A stretch of DNA of 64,000 nucleotides from an uncultured Bacillota bacterium (GTDB lineage: Bacteria; Bacillota; Clostridia; Lachnospirales; Lachnospiraceae): NCBI GenBank assembly GCA_949291945.1, contig CASEXH010000010.1, forward strand, positions 44,482 to 108,481, written 5' to 3'. The notes under the pieces are model-generated. The model was not told the origin of the DNA and searched no databases. It was given only the letters and a program-made list of their open reading frames with translations. The translations under genes were made by a program, and so were the position numbers. The number at the start of each line of letters is the position of its first letter. Position 1 is the first letter of the stretch. Positions 18,919 through 28,829 of this stretch are shown one piece after another.

Positions 18919-19959
18919 TTATAGGGGATTCCTGTAAAAAAAGCAATTCTTTTTGGTTTCCGCCTGGGGCATACTTCCCTCCCTCTTTCCTGATCCGTCA
19001 AACAGATGGCAGGCTACTTCATGCCCCTCTCCGATGGTCTTCCGTACAGGACGTTCTTTCCTGCACAATTCCCTGCAAGATTCGCAGCGGGTCTGGAAAG
19101 GACAGCCCGGAGGCATATCCAGAGGGCTGGGAATCTCGCTGTCCATTGGCTCTATCTTTTTATAAAAGTCCATCTTCGGATCAAAAATGGAATCAATCAA
19201 AGTACGTGTATAAGGGTGTTTTGCCTTTTCCACTTCCCCTCCGGGAATGATCTCCACAATATTTCCCAGATACATGACGGCGATCTGATGGGCAAAGGAG
19301 TGGATCAGTCCCAGATCATGGGCAATGAATCCGATGGCAATATTATTTTCTTTCTGCAGCCTGCAGACCAGTTGGATAATGGTTTTCTGCACAGACACAT
19401 CTAAGGCACAGGTGGCTTCATCCATGATGATCAGTTCCGGTTCCAGAGCAATAGCCCGGGCAATGGCGATCCTTTGGCGCTGTCCGCCAGACATGCTGTG
19501 GGGAAAGCGGTCTGCGAAATCTCCGGGAAGGTCCACTGCTTCCAGAAGCTCCCGGGCCTTCTCCTCCTTCTCGGAAGCTTTGATCCGGCCAAAGTTCATA
19601 AGGGGTTCGCATAAAATATCCCGGATGCGCATCTTAGGATTAAAAGACCCGTTAGGATCCTGGAAGACCATCTGGATATGCTGACGGGTCTGGCGCAGTT
19701 CCTCCCCTTTCATTTTTGTCAGGTCCTTTCCCCTGAAGAGAATCTCTCCCTCTGTGGGAATGTCCAGCCGGACCACAAGACGCATAAATGTAGATTTTCC
19801 GCAGCCGGACTCTCCGATCAGCCCCAAAGTTTTCCCTTTGTAAAATTTCAGATTAACGTCGTTGCAGGCGGTCAGCACTCTGCCCCCTGAAGCAGGAAAA
19901 CGGCGGGTCACATGTCTTGCCTCCAGCAGCAAGTCCTTTTCATCAAACATAACGCTCAC
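18919..19959 (-). CDS. Peptide/nickel ABC transporter ATP-binding subunit
   Basis: GESGCGKS, MSGGQRQR, DEAT, HPYT and a C-terminal Cys motif. Confidence 0.93.
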   Translation of the reverse strand: MSVMFDEKDLLLEARHVTRRFPASGGRVLTACNDVNLKFYKGKTLGLIGESGCGKSTFMRLVVRLDIPTEGEILFRGKDLTKMKGEELRQTRQHIQMVFQDPNGSFNPKMRIRDILCEPLMNFGRIKASEKEEKARELLEAVDLPGDFADRFPHSMSGGQRQRIAIARAIALEPELIIMDEATCALDVSVQKTIIQLVCRLQKENNIAIGFIAHDLGLIHSFAHQIAVMYLGNIVEIIPGGEVEKAKHPYTRTLIDSIFDPKMDFYKKIEPMDSEIPSPLDMPPGCPFQTRCESCRELCRKERPVRKTIGEGHEVACHLFDGSGKREGSMPQAETKKNCFFYRNPL

Positions 19960-20725
19960 CTCCCAGAGAAGGAACCGCCTCTAAAAGTTCCTGTGTATAA
20001 ATGCTGCGGCCACCTTTCAGGATCTGATCCCGACTGCCGGTATCTGCGATCTGTCCCTCTTTCATCACCAGGATCTGATCGGACATATAGGCTGCAACTC
20101 CTAAATTGTGAGTAACCATAATAATACTTGTCCCCCACTCCTCCCGCAGTTCTATCATCTGTCTTACGATCTGGGCCTGGGTAGTCACGTCCAGCGCAGA
20201 AGTAGGCTCATCTGCCAGCAATAGCTTTGGCTGAAAGGTCATAGCCATGGCAATGCCCACCCGCTGCCGCATACCGCCGGAAAGCTGGAAGGGATAAGAT
20301 TTCATAATATTGTCGCTGCTTGGCAAGCGCATACGGTCGAGCATTTCCCGCCCTTTCTCCCAAGCCGCTTTCCTGCTGATCTTTTCGTGAGTGCGGATAT
20401 ATTCCACAAAGACACTGCCGATTTTTCTGATAGGATTCAGCATAGCGCCGGAATCCTGAAAGATCATAGACATGTCTGTACCCCGGAGATTTCTCCACTC
20501 TTCCGCTGTGTTGTCCAGCAGGGATTTTCCTTCAAATAGGATGTCTCCCCCTGTAATCTTTCCCCCTCCCGGCAGCAGGCCGAGCACTGCCCGGATCACG
20601 GTGGTTTTCCCTGAGCCGGACTCGCCTACGATAGAGGCAATCTCGCCTTTTTTGAGGGTCATACTGAAATTATTAACCGTAGGGCGGTCTCCGTAGGATA
20701 TGGTAACATTTTTTATCTCAAGCAT
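19943..20725 (-). CDS. Peptide/nickel ABC transporter ATP-binding subunit
   Basis: GESGSGKT, LSGGMRQR and DEPTSALD. Confidence 0.93.
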   Translation of the reverse strand: MLEIKNVTISYGDRPTVNNFSMTLKKGEIASIVGESGSGKTTVIRAVLGLLPGGGKITGGDILFEGKSLLDNTAEEWRNLRGTDMSMIFQDSGAMLNPIRKIGSVFVEYIRTHEKISRKAAWEKGREMLDRMRLPSSDNIMKSYPFQLSGGMRQRVGIAMAMTFQPKLLLADEPTSALDVTTQAQIVRQMIELREEWGTSIIMVTHNLGVAAYMSDQILVMKEGQIADTGSRDQILKGGRSIYTQELLEAVPSLGGERYV

Positions 20726-20736
20726 AAAATCCCCTC

Positions 20737-21564
20737 CTACTCATCTTTTGGATCCAGGACATCCCGAAGGGCGTCTCCCAGAAGATTAAAGACAACTACT
20801 ACAATGAAAATCGCCGCTCCCGGAAAAATCATCATCCAGGAAGCATTCTGGATATACTGGCGGCCTTCGTTGAGCATCAGGCCCCATTCAGGCGTAGGCG
20901 CCTTAGCGCCGAAGCCAAGGAAGGAAAGCCCTGCCAGTTCCAGCATCATACCTCCGATATCTGTGGCGGCGGTAATGACCAAAGTGGGGATAACGTTGGG
21001 GATCATATATTTCCGCAGTATATAAAGAGTCCTGGAACCTGTGATCACGGCGGCGGCCACATAATCCCGGTTCCGGATCTTCAGCACCAGGCTCCGGGCA
21101 AGTCTGGCATATTTTGTCCAGCTTACCAAGGCCACTGCGATCACCGCATTCCTAATGCTGGCTCCCAGGACGCCGGCAATGGCCATAGCGAAAACCATCC
21201 CCGGGAAAGATACCATCAGGTCTGCGATACGCATGATCACAGTATCTATCCAGCCGCCGAAATAGCCGGCCAGAACACCCAGGACTGTTCCCAGCACAAA
21301 AATAAGGATCACTACAGAGAAAGCCGCCACAAGACTGGTCCGGGCTCCATATATCACCCGGGTAAAAATGTCACGCCCCAGTTTGTCAGTTCCGAAAATA
21401 TGCTCTCTGCCGGGAGGCTTTAGAGCGTCCCCCAGCACAGCCTCTGAAGGGCTGACCCCTCCTGTGATGACCGGGGCAAAAACAGCCGTAAGGATGATCA
21501 AAAAGGCGAGGAAAGCAAAGAAACAAAAGGACTTGTTTTTTATGATAAAATTTCTGATTTTCAT
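20737..21564 (-). CDS. Peptide/nickel ABC permease (DppC/NikC-like)
   Basis: FGTDKLGRD, EAA-like loop and LSFLGFG. Confidence 0.92.
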   Translation of the reverse strand: MKIRNFIIKNKSFCFFAFLAFLIILTAVFAPVITGGVSPSEAVLGDALKPPGREHIFGTDKLGRDIFTRVIYGARTSLVAAFSVVILIFVLGTVLGVLAGYFGGWIDTVIMRIADLMVSFPGMVFAMAIAGVLGASIRNAVIAVALVSWTKYARLARSLVLKIRNRDYVAAAVITGSRTLYILRKYMIPNVIPTLVITAATDIGGMMLELAGLSFLGFGAKAPTPEWGLMLNEGRQYIQNASWMMIFPGAAIFIVVVVFNLLGDALRDVLDPKDE

Positions 21565-21570
21565 TCTTCT

Positions 21571-22509
21571 CTACCACCTTTCTTTCATTCTTGGGTCAAC
21601 CAGGTTATAGGAAATATCCACCAGCAGATTAACCACCATATAGATCAGAGAAATCCATAAGACATACCCCTGAATCAGGGGATAATCGTATGCGGTTATG
21701 GCAGATACCGCCAGATTTCCCAGGCCGGGATAGGTAAAGATAACCTCCACCACAGCGGTTCCCCCCAATAGAGAGCCGAGGGACAGTCCCAGCATAGTCA
21801 GCAGAGGCAGCAGGGAATTGGGGAATACATTGAGCCACAGGATCTTCCACTCCTTCACTCCCCTGGCTCTTGCTCCCACAACATAATCCTGGCTCAGCTC
21901 CTCCAGAATTGCAGTCCGCACCTGACGGGTATACTTGGCAGACATGGCAAACGCAAGGGTGACTGCCGGAAGTATCATACTTTGAAAGTCCCCTCCCGAA
22001 CAGACTACAGGCAGAAGCTTCAAACGAACGCAGAAAAACAGCATCAGCAGCAGACCTACCCAGAAATTCGGCATGGATACACCAAAAAACGTGAGGCCCC
22101 GCAGACCGTAATCCACAAGACTATTTTTGTGAGTGGCCTGTATCATACCGAGAGGTACGGCTATCAAAAGCATCAGGATCATAGAAAAAATGGACAGCTT
22201 CAGCGTAGGCCAGAGCCGATTCAAAAGTAAAGTGGAAACAGAGTTGTTATAGGCATAAGATGTGCCGAAATCTCCATGAAGACATCCTGTCAGCCAGTCA
22301 AAATACTGGACCAATACAGGCCGGTTCAGACCCATAGCCTCCCGTGTCTGCTGGATGACCTCTTCGCTTGGTACAACTCCGGAAGCCGCATACATGGTAC
22401 GCACCGGATCGCCAGGTGCCAGGTAAGTGATCAAAAATGACAAAAAACTGATTCCCACGGCTACAAGGATCATCTGGATCAGTCTTTTTCCTAAGTATTT
22501 TGCAGTCAA
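21571..22509 (-). CDS. Peptide/nickel ABC permease (DppB/NikB-like)
   Basis: PGDP, GDFGTSY, VSMPNFW and DYPLIQG. Probable TTG start at 22509 after GAAAGGAG. Confidence 0.92.
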   Translation of the reverse strand: MTAKYLGKRLIQMILVAVGISFLSFLITYLAPGDPVRTMYAASGVVPSEEVIQQTREAMGLNRPVLVQYFDWLTGCLHGDFGTSYAYNNSVSTLLLNRLWPTLKLSIFSMILMLLIAVPLGMIQATHKNSLVDYGLRGLTFFGVSMPNFWVGLLLMLFFCVRLKLLPVVCSGGDFQSMILPAVTLAFAMSAKYTRQVRTAILEELSQDYVVGARARGVKEWKILWLNVFPNSLLPLLTMLGLSLGSLLGGTAVVEVIFTYPGLGNLAVSAITAYDYPLIQGYVLWISLIYMVVNLLVDISYNLVDPRMKERW

Positions 22510-22604
22510 AATTTTCTCTCCTTTCTGCACAGGCAGTTCCTGGAAAGGGCAATCTGCATTTCCCGGAAAAGCATGGCTTTTCCAGGAAAACTGTGATCAC
22601 CTTA

Positions 22605-24269
22605 TCAGGACTGGGCCGCAGGATATATTTCATTGGTAAGCCAGTAATAATCTGCCGTATGGATCGCTGCGCCGCCGATAGTAGCGTTTCTGGAGATCAT
22701 AGAGCTGTTATAATAGCCGTGAACAACCACAGCCGCATCATCAAGAAGGATCTGCTGCATCCTCTGGATAATGTCACGGCGCTCATCTTCATCAAAAGTA
22801 GTGCTCAGCTGATTGTATAATTCATCATATTCATCATTCTGATAGCCGCAGTAATCAGAGCCTGAGTCAGAACACCATGCAGCCAGATATTCTGTAGGAT
22901 CTCCGGTGCCTACGGTGGTCCAGTTGGATCCGTTTAAGTCAAAATCACCGGACTGGTAGCTGTCCCACTGACGGGCAGAATCTCCCAGTTCCAGATCAAC
23001 CCCGATGCCGATTTCCGCAAGCTGCTGTTGAATGGCTTCTGCAAAATCATCCAGGCAGCGGTTGGAATAGGTCACATAATGAAGGACCACTTCCTGTCCG
23101 TCCAGTTCCCGGGTTCCGTCACCGTTAGTATCCACAATTCCCGCTTCGTCCAGAAGCTGTATTGCCGCCTCCTGGTCATAGGGATAAGGATCCGTCAGAT
23201 TCTCATACCCATAGTCCAGATTGGAAGGCAGGACCGAATAGCCGGAAGTATACAATCCGCCTACTGTAACAGAACACATTGTCTCGTCGTCCAGAGCCAT
23301 CAGCACTGCTTCACGGAGAGTCTTATTAGACAGCAGCCTGCCCTCAGACATATTCATGTGAGCCAGGCCGGTGCGGACACTGCTGGCAATGGTAACGGTA
23401 AATTCAGGGTTCTCCCGAAGAGTATTCAGGTCACTGATATTTGTCACGTTTTCAGCCAGATCCAGCTGGCCGGACTGAAGGGCCATAGCCTTTGCAGAGG
23501 CATCTCCCATATACAGCAGCTCAACAGATTCAAAAGGCACCTCACCGTCCCAGTAATATTCATTTGCTGCCATGGTATAGCCCACCTCTTCCTGAAAATC
23601 AGCAGCCACATAAGGGCCGGTTCCGATGGGGCTGTGATCATAATCTGTGGTATGTTCCACGTCCAGAATAGCCATAACCGGATAAGCCAGATTTTTGGTC
23701 AGATCCACATACGGGGTTGTGGTCCGGATGGTCAGATTTCCCGTCTCATTGTCGGCAATGATCTCTGCATCTGTTTCCAGATAAACCTGGGGAGCCGATG
23801 AGCCATTGGGGCCTTCTTCAAATAACCGTTCAAAACTTGCTTTCACAGCTTCCGGAGTCAGGTCGCAGCCGTCAGAAAACTTCACGCCTTCCCGGATATG
23901 AAACACCCATTCTGTATGATCATCATTAACTGTATAAGTATCGCACAGGGTATTGACCACATTCATAGAGTTGTCGAATTTAAACAGACACTCTCCCACC
24001 CCATAGCGGGAAAGATTCCAGGCACAATTTATTTCTGCGGCAGGATCAAGACCGCCGCCGCTGTAGTTCTGTATCCCAAAGGTCATCGACCTGCCCCCGG
24101 AACTGTCCTGTTCTGTCTCATAGGCTTCCTGGTTCACTTCATCCTCCCGGTTTCCCGAACCAGTTCCGGCGGTGCTTGCAGATTCTGTACTTTCTCCCCA
24201 GCATCCGGTCATACTGGCGGCGATCAGCAGGGAGGACAGCAGTAATGAAAATACTTTTTTCGCTTTCAT
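22605..24269 (-). CDS. Peptide/nickel-family substrate-binding lipoprotein
   Basis: Lipobox MTGC, LREGVKFSDG-like segment (IREGVKFSDG) and PIGTGPY. ATG at 24269 after GAGG. Confidence 0.9.
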   Translation of the reverse strand: MKAKKVFSLLLSSLLIAASMTGCWGESTESASTAGTGSGNREDEVNQEAYETEQDSSGGRSMTFGIQNYSGGGLDPAAEINCAWNLSRYGVGECLFKFDNSMNVVNTLCDTYTVNDDHTEWVFHIREGVKFSDGCDLTPEAVKASFERLFEEGPNGSSAPQVYLETDAEIIADNETGNLTIRTTTPYVDLTKNLAYPVMAILDVEHTTDYDHSPIGTGPYVAADFQEEVGYTMAANEYYWDGEVPFESVELLYMGDASAKAMALQSGQLDLAENVTNISDLNTLRENPEFTVTIASSVRTGLAHMNMSEGRLLSNKTLREAVLMALDDETMCSVTVGGLYTSGYSVLPSNLDYGYENLTDPYPYDQEAAIQLLDEAGIVDTNGDGTRELDGQEVVLHYVTYSNRCLDDFAEAIQQQLAEIGIGVDLELGDSARQWDSYQSGDFDLNGSNWTTVGTGDPTEYLAAWCSDSGSDYCGYQNDEYDELYNQLSTTFDEDERRDIIQRMQQILLDDAAVVVHGYYNSSMISRNATIGGAAIHTADYYWLTNEIYPAAQS

Positions 24270-24383
24270 ACTTTTTACCTCTTCTTTCTTTTGCAATTTC
24301 ATTCAATCTGGCGGTTCTCTGCCCTACCTCTCGCACTCAAAATTTTATTCTGCGGGACAGTTCGAAGAACTTTCCTATAGAAT

Positions 24384-24412
24384 AAAAAAGACCGTAACTA
24401 TATGTTACGGTC
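24384..24412 (-). terminator. Leader terminator between the cobalamin aptamer and the SBP gene
   Basis: GACCGTAAC-N5-GTTACGGTC followed by T6 on the minus strand. Confidence 0.8.
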
Positions 24413-24530
24413 GGCAGGATATCACATAAAAAGCAGCAGAGATAGAAAAGTACAAAAGCGTATAAATTCCCTGATGCCGGTTTATTAATGAGCACTCCCA
24501 TCGTCCGTAAGAAGCTCAAGGTAAAAGGAT

Positions 24531-24690
24531 AAGCAGGTCTCCTGACTTATGCTCAACGCTCGCCGTGCCTTCCCAAGGCCTGAACCTCAGTGACATCATA
24601 CGGTCTGCTCACAATCACAGTGACGGGATCGTTTCGGATTCTCACCGAATTCCCATTTAATCCATCTCTGGAACTTTTCCTCTGGCATAT
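24531..24690 (-). ncRNA. Cobalamin (B12) riboswitch
   Basis: Minus strand: GGGAATTCGGTGAGAATCCGAAACGATCCCGTCACTGTGA...CACTG...GGGAAG...AGTCAGGAGACCTGC (B12 box). Confidence 0.93.
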
Positions 24691-24854
24691 GTGGCCAAAT
24701 TATGAATTTGTCGTTTATAACCATAACATTCCCCTACCTTACTGTCAAGCTTTTTCCCGCCAAAGCAAAAAGTTCCTAATTTTCTTTTATTTTTGTTGAC
24801 AAACTGGTGTTTTTGCACATATAATACTTTTAATAACTTTTTCACATGTATAAA

Positions 24855-25125
24855 ATGCAGTGACAAGGAGGAGTACATAATCGCCGGATGTCCAGAGAAG
24901 AGACGGCTGGTGAAAGTCTTTGTGAAGGGATTATGGAAGGTAGCCTTCGAGCAGTGGACCGAACCATGATATACCAAGTATCATGCAGTAGACTCCAACG
25001 TAATTTCCACGTTACAGGAAAGCAGTATAGTTTCTTCTGTACTGGCTGAGTGCAGAGAGTGATTCTCTGAAATTAGGTGGTAACACGGATCAATTCGCCC
25101 TAAGCTTTATGCTTAGGGCATTTTT
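24855..25125 (+). ncRNA. T-box riboswitch, Val (GUA) specifier
   Basis: Stem I with AGAGA and GGTGAAA boxes and specifier loop GGAAG-GTA-G (24940-24942). T-box AATTAGGTGGTAACACGG at 25071-25088. Terminator GCCCTAAGC/GCTTAGGGC plus a T-rich run. Confidence 0.9.
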
Positions 25126-25208
25126 ATTCTGAAGGAAATTTTTTCGGGTTTTCCTATAGGATAAATAGCAGAAGGCGTTCTTGAAAAAAGAGACAGGAGG
25201 TATCTCAT

Positions 25209-26930
25209 ATGAAACAGATCACAGGAAACAAATTGTTCGTAAAAGCCTTGAAGGAAGAAGGGGTAGAAGTTCTTTTCGGCTATCCGGGAGCGACCACGAT
25301 TGACATCAGTGATGAACTGTATAAGCAGAATAATATCGATATCGTCCTTCCCCGCCATGAGCAGGCTCTGGTCCATGAAGCAGACGCTTATGCAAGGACT
25401 ACGGGAAAGGTAGGCGTATGTCTTGTTACCAGCGGCCCCGGAGCTACCAATGTAGTTACCGGATTGGCTACTGCCAACTATGACAGCGTGCCTCTTGTAT
25501 GCTTTACCGGCCAGGTAGCCAGATACCTGATTGGAAACGACGCTTTCCAAGAAGTGGATATCGTAGGCATTACCAGAAGCATTACCAAATATGGAGTAAC
25601 TGTAAGAAGACGTGAAGATCTGGGACGTATTATCAAAGAGGCCTTCTACATCGCCCGCACTGGCCGTCCCGGTCCGGTTCTTGTTGATCTCCCCAAAGAT
25701 GTGATGTGTGAACTGGGAAGCCCGGAATATCCCAAAACCGTAAATATCCGTGGGTATAAGCCTAACACCAGCGTTCACATCGGACAGCTGAAAAAAGCCA
25801 TTAAGGTCCTGCAGAAAGCAAAACGTCCTCTGTTTCTGGCAGGCGGCGGAGTAAATATCGCCAGAGCAGATGAAATTTTCACCCAGGTAGTAGAAAAGAC
25901 CCAGGTGCCTGTAGTAACGACAATTATGGGCCGGGGAGCCATTCCCACTGACCATCCTCTTTTTGTAGGAAATCTGGGAATGCATGGAGCCTATGCTGCC
26001 AATATGGCCGTAAGCAACTGCGATGTACTCTTTTCTATCGGAACCAGATTTAATGACCGTATCACCGGAAAGCTTCATGCTTTTGCTCCAAATGCTCAGA
26101 TCATCCATATCGATATTGATACAGCCTCTATCTCCAGAAATATCCAGGTGGATATCCCTATTGTAGCCGACGCAAAAGAGGCGATCACAAAAATGGCGGA
26201 ATATGTAACTGAGCAGAATACAGATAAATGGCTGGGGCAGATCCAGGCCTGGAAGGAAGAACATCCACTGAATATGAAAGACCGGAAACTTATGAGCCCT
26301 CTGGATATTATAAGTGAAATCAACCGGCAGTTTGAGGAAGCCATCATTGTCACGGATGTTGGTCAGCATCAGATGTTGGTAACTCAGTACGCAGAGCTTA
26401 ATAATAAAAAGCATCTGGTTACCTCCGGGGGCCTGGGAACTATGGGATACGGACTTCCGGGAGCCATCGGGGCCAAAATCGGAAATCCTGACATTCCGGT
26501 AATCGCTATTTCCGGCGACGGCGGCATGCAGATGAATATCCAGGAAATGGCTACTGCAGTTCTGGAGGAGCTTCCTGTAATACTGTGCATCTTTAACAAT
26601 GAATATCTGGGTATGGTGCGCCAGTGGCAGAAACTGTTTTACGGTAAACGATACTCCATGACAAATCTGAAGTCAGGCGCCCTTTCCCGCCGCACAAACG
26701 GGGAAGAATTTCCATCAGAATATGTCCCTGATTTTGTGAAGCTGGCAGAGAGCTATGGAGCCAAAGGCATCCGGGTAATGAATAAGGAAGAGATCGCCCC
26801 GGCTTTTGAAGAAGCGAAAAAGAACACCAAGGCGCCTACCATCATTGAATTTATCATCGACCCGGAGGAAATGGTATATCCTATGATCAAACCGGGCGGA
26901 ACCTTAGAAGATATGATTATGGATTGTTAG
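25209..26930 (+). CDS. ilvB: Acetolactate synthase large subunit
   Basis: FGYPG, RHEQ, TSGPGATN, SGGLGTMG, GDGG and NNEYLGMVRQWQ. Confidence 0.97.
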   Translation: MKQITGNKLFVKALKEEGVEVLFGYPGATTIDISDELYKQNNIDIVLPRHEQALVHEADAYARTTGKVGVCLVTSGPGATNVVTGLATANYDSVPLVCFTGQVARYLIGNDAFQEVDIVGITRSITKYGVTVRRREDLGRIIKEAFYIARTGRPGPVLVDLPKDVMCELGSPEYPKTVNIRGYKPNTSVHIGQLKKAIKVLQKAKRPLFLAGGGVNIARADEIFTQVVEKTQVPVVTTIMGRGAIPTDHPLFVGNLGMHGAYAANMAVSNCDVLFSIGTRFNDRITGKLHAFAPNAQIIHIDIDTASISRNIQVDIPIVADAKEAITKMAEYVTEQNTDKWLGQIQAWKEEHPLNMKDRKLMSPLDIISEINRQFEEAIIVTDVGQHQMLVTQYAELNNKKHLVTSGGLGTMGYGLPGAIGAKIGNPDIPVIAISGDGGMQMNIQEMATAVLEELPVILCIFNNEYLGMVRQWQKLFYGKRYSMTNLKSGALSRRTNGEEFPSEYVPDFVKLAESYGAKGIRVMNKEEIAPAFEEAKKNTKAPTIIEFIIDPEEMVYPMIKPGGTLEDMIMDC

Positions 26931-26942
26931 GAGGACGGGAAA

Positions 26943-27452
26943 ATGGAAAAAGGAATGAAAAAAAGATGGATCTCTTTATATGTAGAAAATCAGGTAGGTG
27001 TGCTGTCCAAAATTTCCGGGCTTTTTGCCGGAAAGAGCTATAACCTGGACAGTCTGACAGTAGGTACCACAGAAGATCCTACCGTCTCCCGTATGACTAT
27101 TGCCACTGTCAGCGATGACGAGACCTTTGAACAGATTAAAAAGCAGTTAAACCGTATGGTAGAGGTTATCAAAGTCATTGATTTTACCGATATTTTTATC
27201 CGGATGAAGGAAATCCTCTATATCAAGGTAAAAAAATGCACCCCTGCAGACAAGGTGGAGCTTTTCCAGATTGCAGAAACCTTTAAAGCCAGAGTCATAG
27301 ATTACGGAAAGGACAGTCTCCTTCTGGAATTTGTCCAGACTGCAACCAAAAATGATGCTGTTATCAAGCTGATCAAAGAAGAATTTAAAACCATTGAAGT
27401 TGTCCGGGGCGGAAGCGTAGGTATTGAATCCATCAGCATGATGGAACGCTAA
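26943..27452 (+). CDS. ilvN: Acetolactate synthase small subunit
   Basis: ACT domain VENQVGVLSKISGLFAGKSYNLDSL. Confidence 0.95.
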   Translation: MEKGMKKRWISLYVENQVGVLSKISGLFAGKSYNLDSLTVGTTEDPTVSRMTIATVSDDETFEQIKKQLNRMVEVIKVIDFTDIFIRMKEILYIKVKKCTPADKVELFQIAETFKARVIDYGKDSLLLEFVQTATKNDAVIKLIKEEFKTIEVVRGGSVGIESISMMER

Positions 27453-27580
27453 TCAGCCGGCAAAAAGAAAGAACCGGGATATGAAAGGAATCTACCGCTT
27501 CATACCTCGGTTCTTTTTTAGCTGGTTTTTATTCTCTTGTTCTTTTTTCTGCATCTTAGTATTCCGCCGTTTCCATCAAA

Positions 27581-27721
27581 TTAAAATCTTGAATGAAAAT
27601 CGCCGGAGCAAACGCAATGCAGGTTTGCAAAATACTCTGCGTTATCTTCCACATATTTTGCAAGACGCTCGATAAAAGAAAGTTTCTTTGTTACATTATT
27701 GTCATTCATCATTTTTTTCAT
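27581..27721 (-). CDS. Small hypothetical protein (46 aa)
   Basis: ATG at 27721 preceded by AAGGAG at 9 nt; lies alone in an intergenic gap. No family recognised. Confidence 0.4.
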   Translation of the reverse strand: MKKMMNDNNVTKKLSFIERLAKYVEDNAEYFANLHCVCSGDFHSRF

Positions 27722-27852
27722 AATTCTTATCTCCTTTTCCAAATCTGCTGTTTTCTTTGTTACAACCATATGCTATCATGTAAACAGGGTTATTTTTAGA
27801 TAGTATATTGACAGTTTTTAGGTCAAAATTGACATTTAAAGGAGTTTTTTCT

Positions 27853-28737
27853 ATGAAACAGGCCATTTACGAGCACCTCTATGATTTGGAAAATACCAAT
27901 ATTGCCATTCACTATTACACCAACAGAGGCTCCTATTTTCCTGCCCACTGGCATCCTGCTATTGAACTGATCTATATCCTCAACGGTACAGCGGAGATTC
28001 TTGTGGGAGGCGTGAAACATACTCTTGTCCCCGGAGAATTTATTGTAATAGATTCTAATCAGATTCATGAGTCCCAGTGCGCCCTGGCCTCTATGGTAGT
28101 GGACGTCCATGTGTCCAGAGATTTCCTGGAGTCCTATATAGAAGAACCTGTTCTTCCTGGGATTGACTGTATGCGTGACACTTTAAAAAAGGAACAGCTT
28201 CCTTATTATTTGGAAATATGCAGTCTGTTCAAAAAACTGGTTCCCATGTATATCCAGCATCCTACTGCCATGGGGCTTGGCAGTGATGCGATTGTTATGG
28301 AAATTCTTTTTCATCTGCTCAATTACTTCACCCATCCTCAGCCAGTCTCTCAGATACCAGGTACTGCCAAAAACCAGGAACGACTTCAGGAAATCCTTTT
28401 ATATGTAGAAGAAAACTATCAACATCCCATTCTTCTGGAAGATATCGCAGGAGAATTCGGTCTGAACCGGGAGTACTTCTGCCGCTTTTTCAAACAGCAG
28501 ATGGGAATCAACTTTACCCGGCACGTAAATCAGGTACGGATATCTCATATCCATCATGAACTGGTATCCACTGAAGATCCTATTATGGAAATCATAGACC
28601 GGAACGGTTTTACTAATTACAAACTTTTTCACAAGCTTTTCCGGGAAATATACGGCTGTACTCCCAGAGAAGCCCGTCAGGAAGCCAGAGAAGCCATGGA
28701 AAAGGCTTCCCATCTAAGGCAGCCATCTGAAAATTAA
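27853..28737 (+). CDS. AraC-family regulator (cupin + HTH)
   Basis: Cupin HWHPAIELIY and AraC HTH EYFCRFFKQQMG...GF...F.KLFREIYGCTP. ATG at 27853. Confidence 0.93.
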   Translation: MKQAIYEHLYDLENTNIAIHYYTNRGSYFPAHWHPAIELIYILNGTAEILVGGVKHTLVPGEFIVIDSNQIHESQCALASMVVDVHVSRDFLESYIEEPVLPGIDCMRDTLKKEQLPYYLEICSLFKKLVPMYIQHPTAMGLGSDAIVMEILFHLLNYFTHPQPVSQIPGTAKNQERLQEILLYVEENYQHPILLEDIAGEFGLNREYFCRFFKQQMGINFTRHVNQVRISHIHHELVSTEDPIMEIIDRNGFTNYKLFHKLFREIYGCTPREARQEAREAMEKASHLRQPSEN

Positions 28738-28829
28738 GTCTTCTTTTATTCTTTTTTCATGAAAAACACAAATTTTCCACATTTATATTGTAAAATCTAA
28801 GAAACATCATTTTGAGGAGAGTTACAGAC

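Noticed and set aside
25113-26414. 433-aa antisense ORF over ilvB, and similar long shadow ORFs (14120, 15189, 23028, 42671, 50945)
   Set aside because: They lie opposite well-supported genes and show no motifs; these are expected shadow frames.
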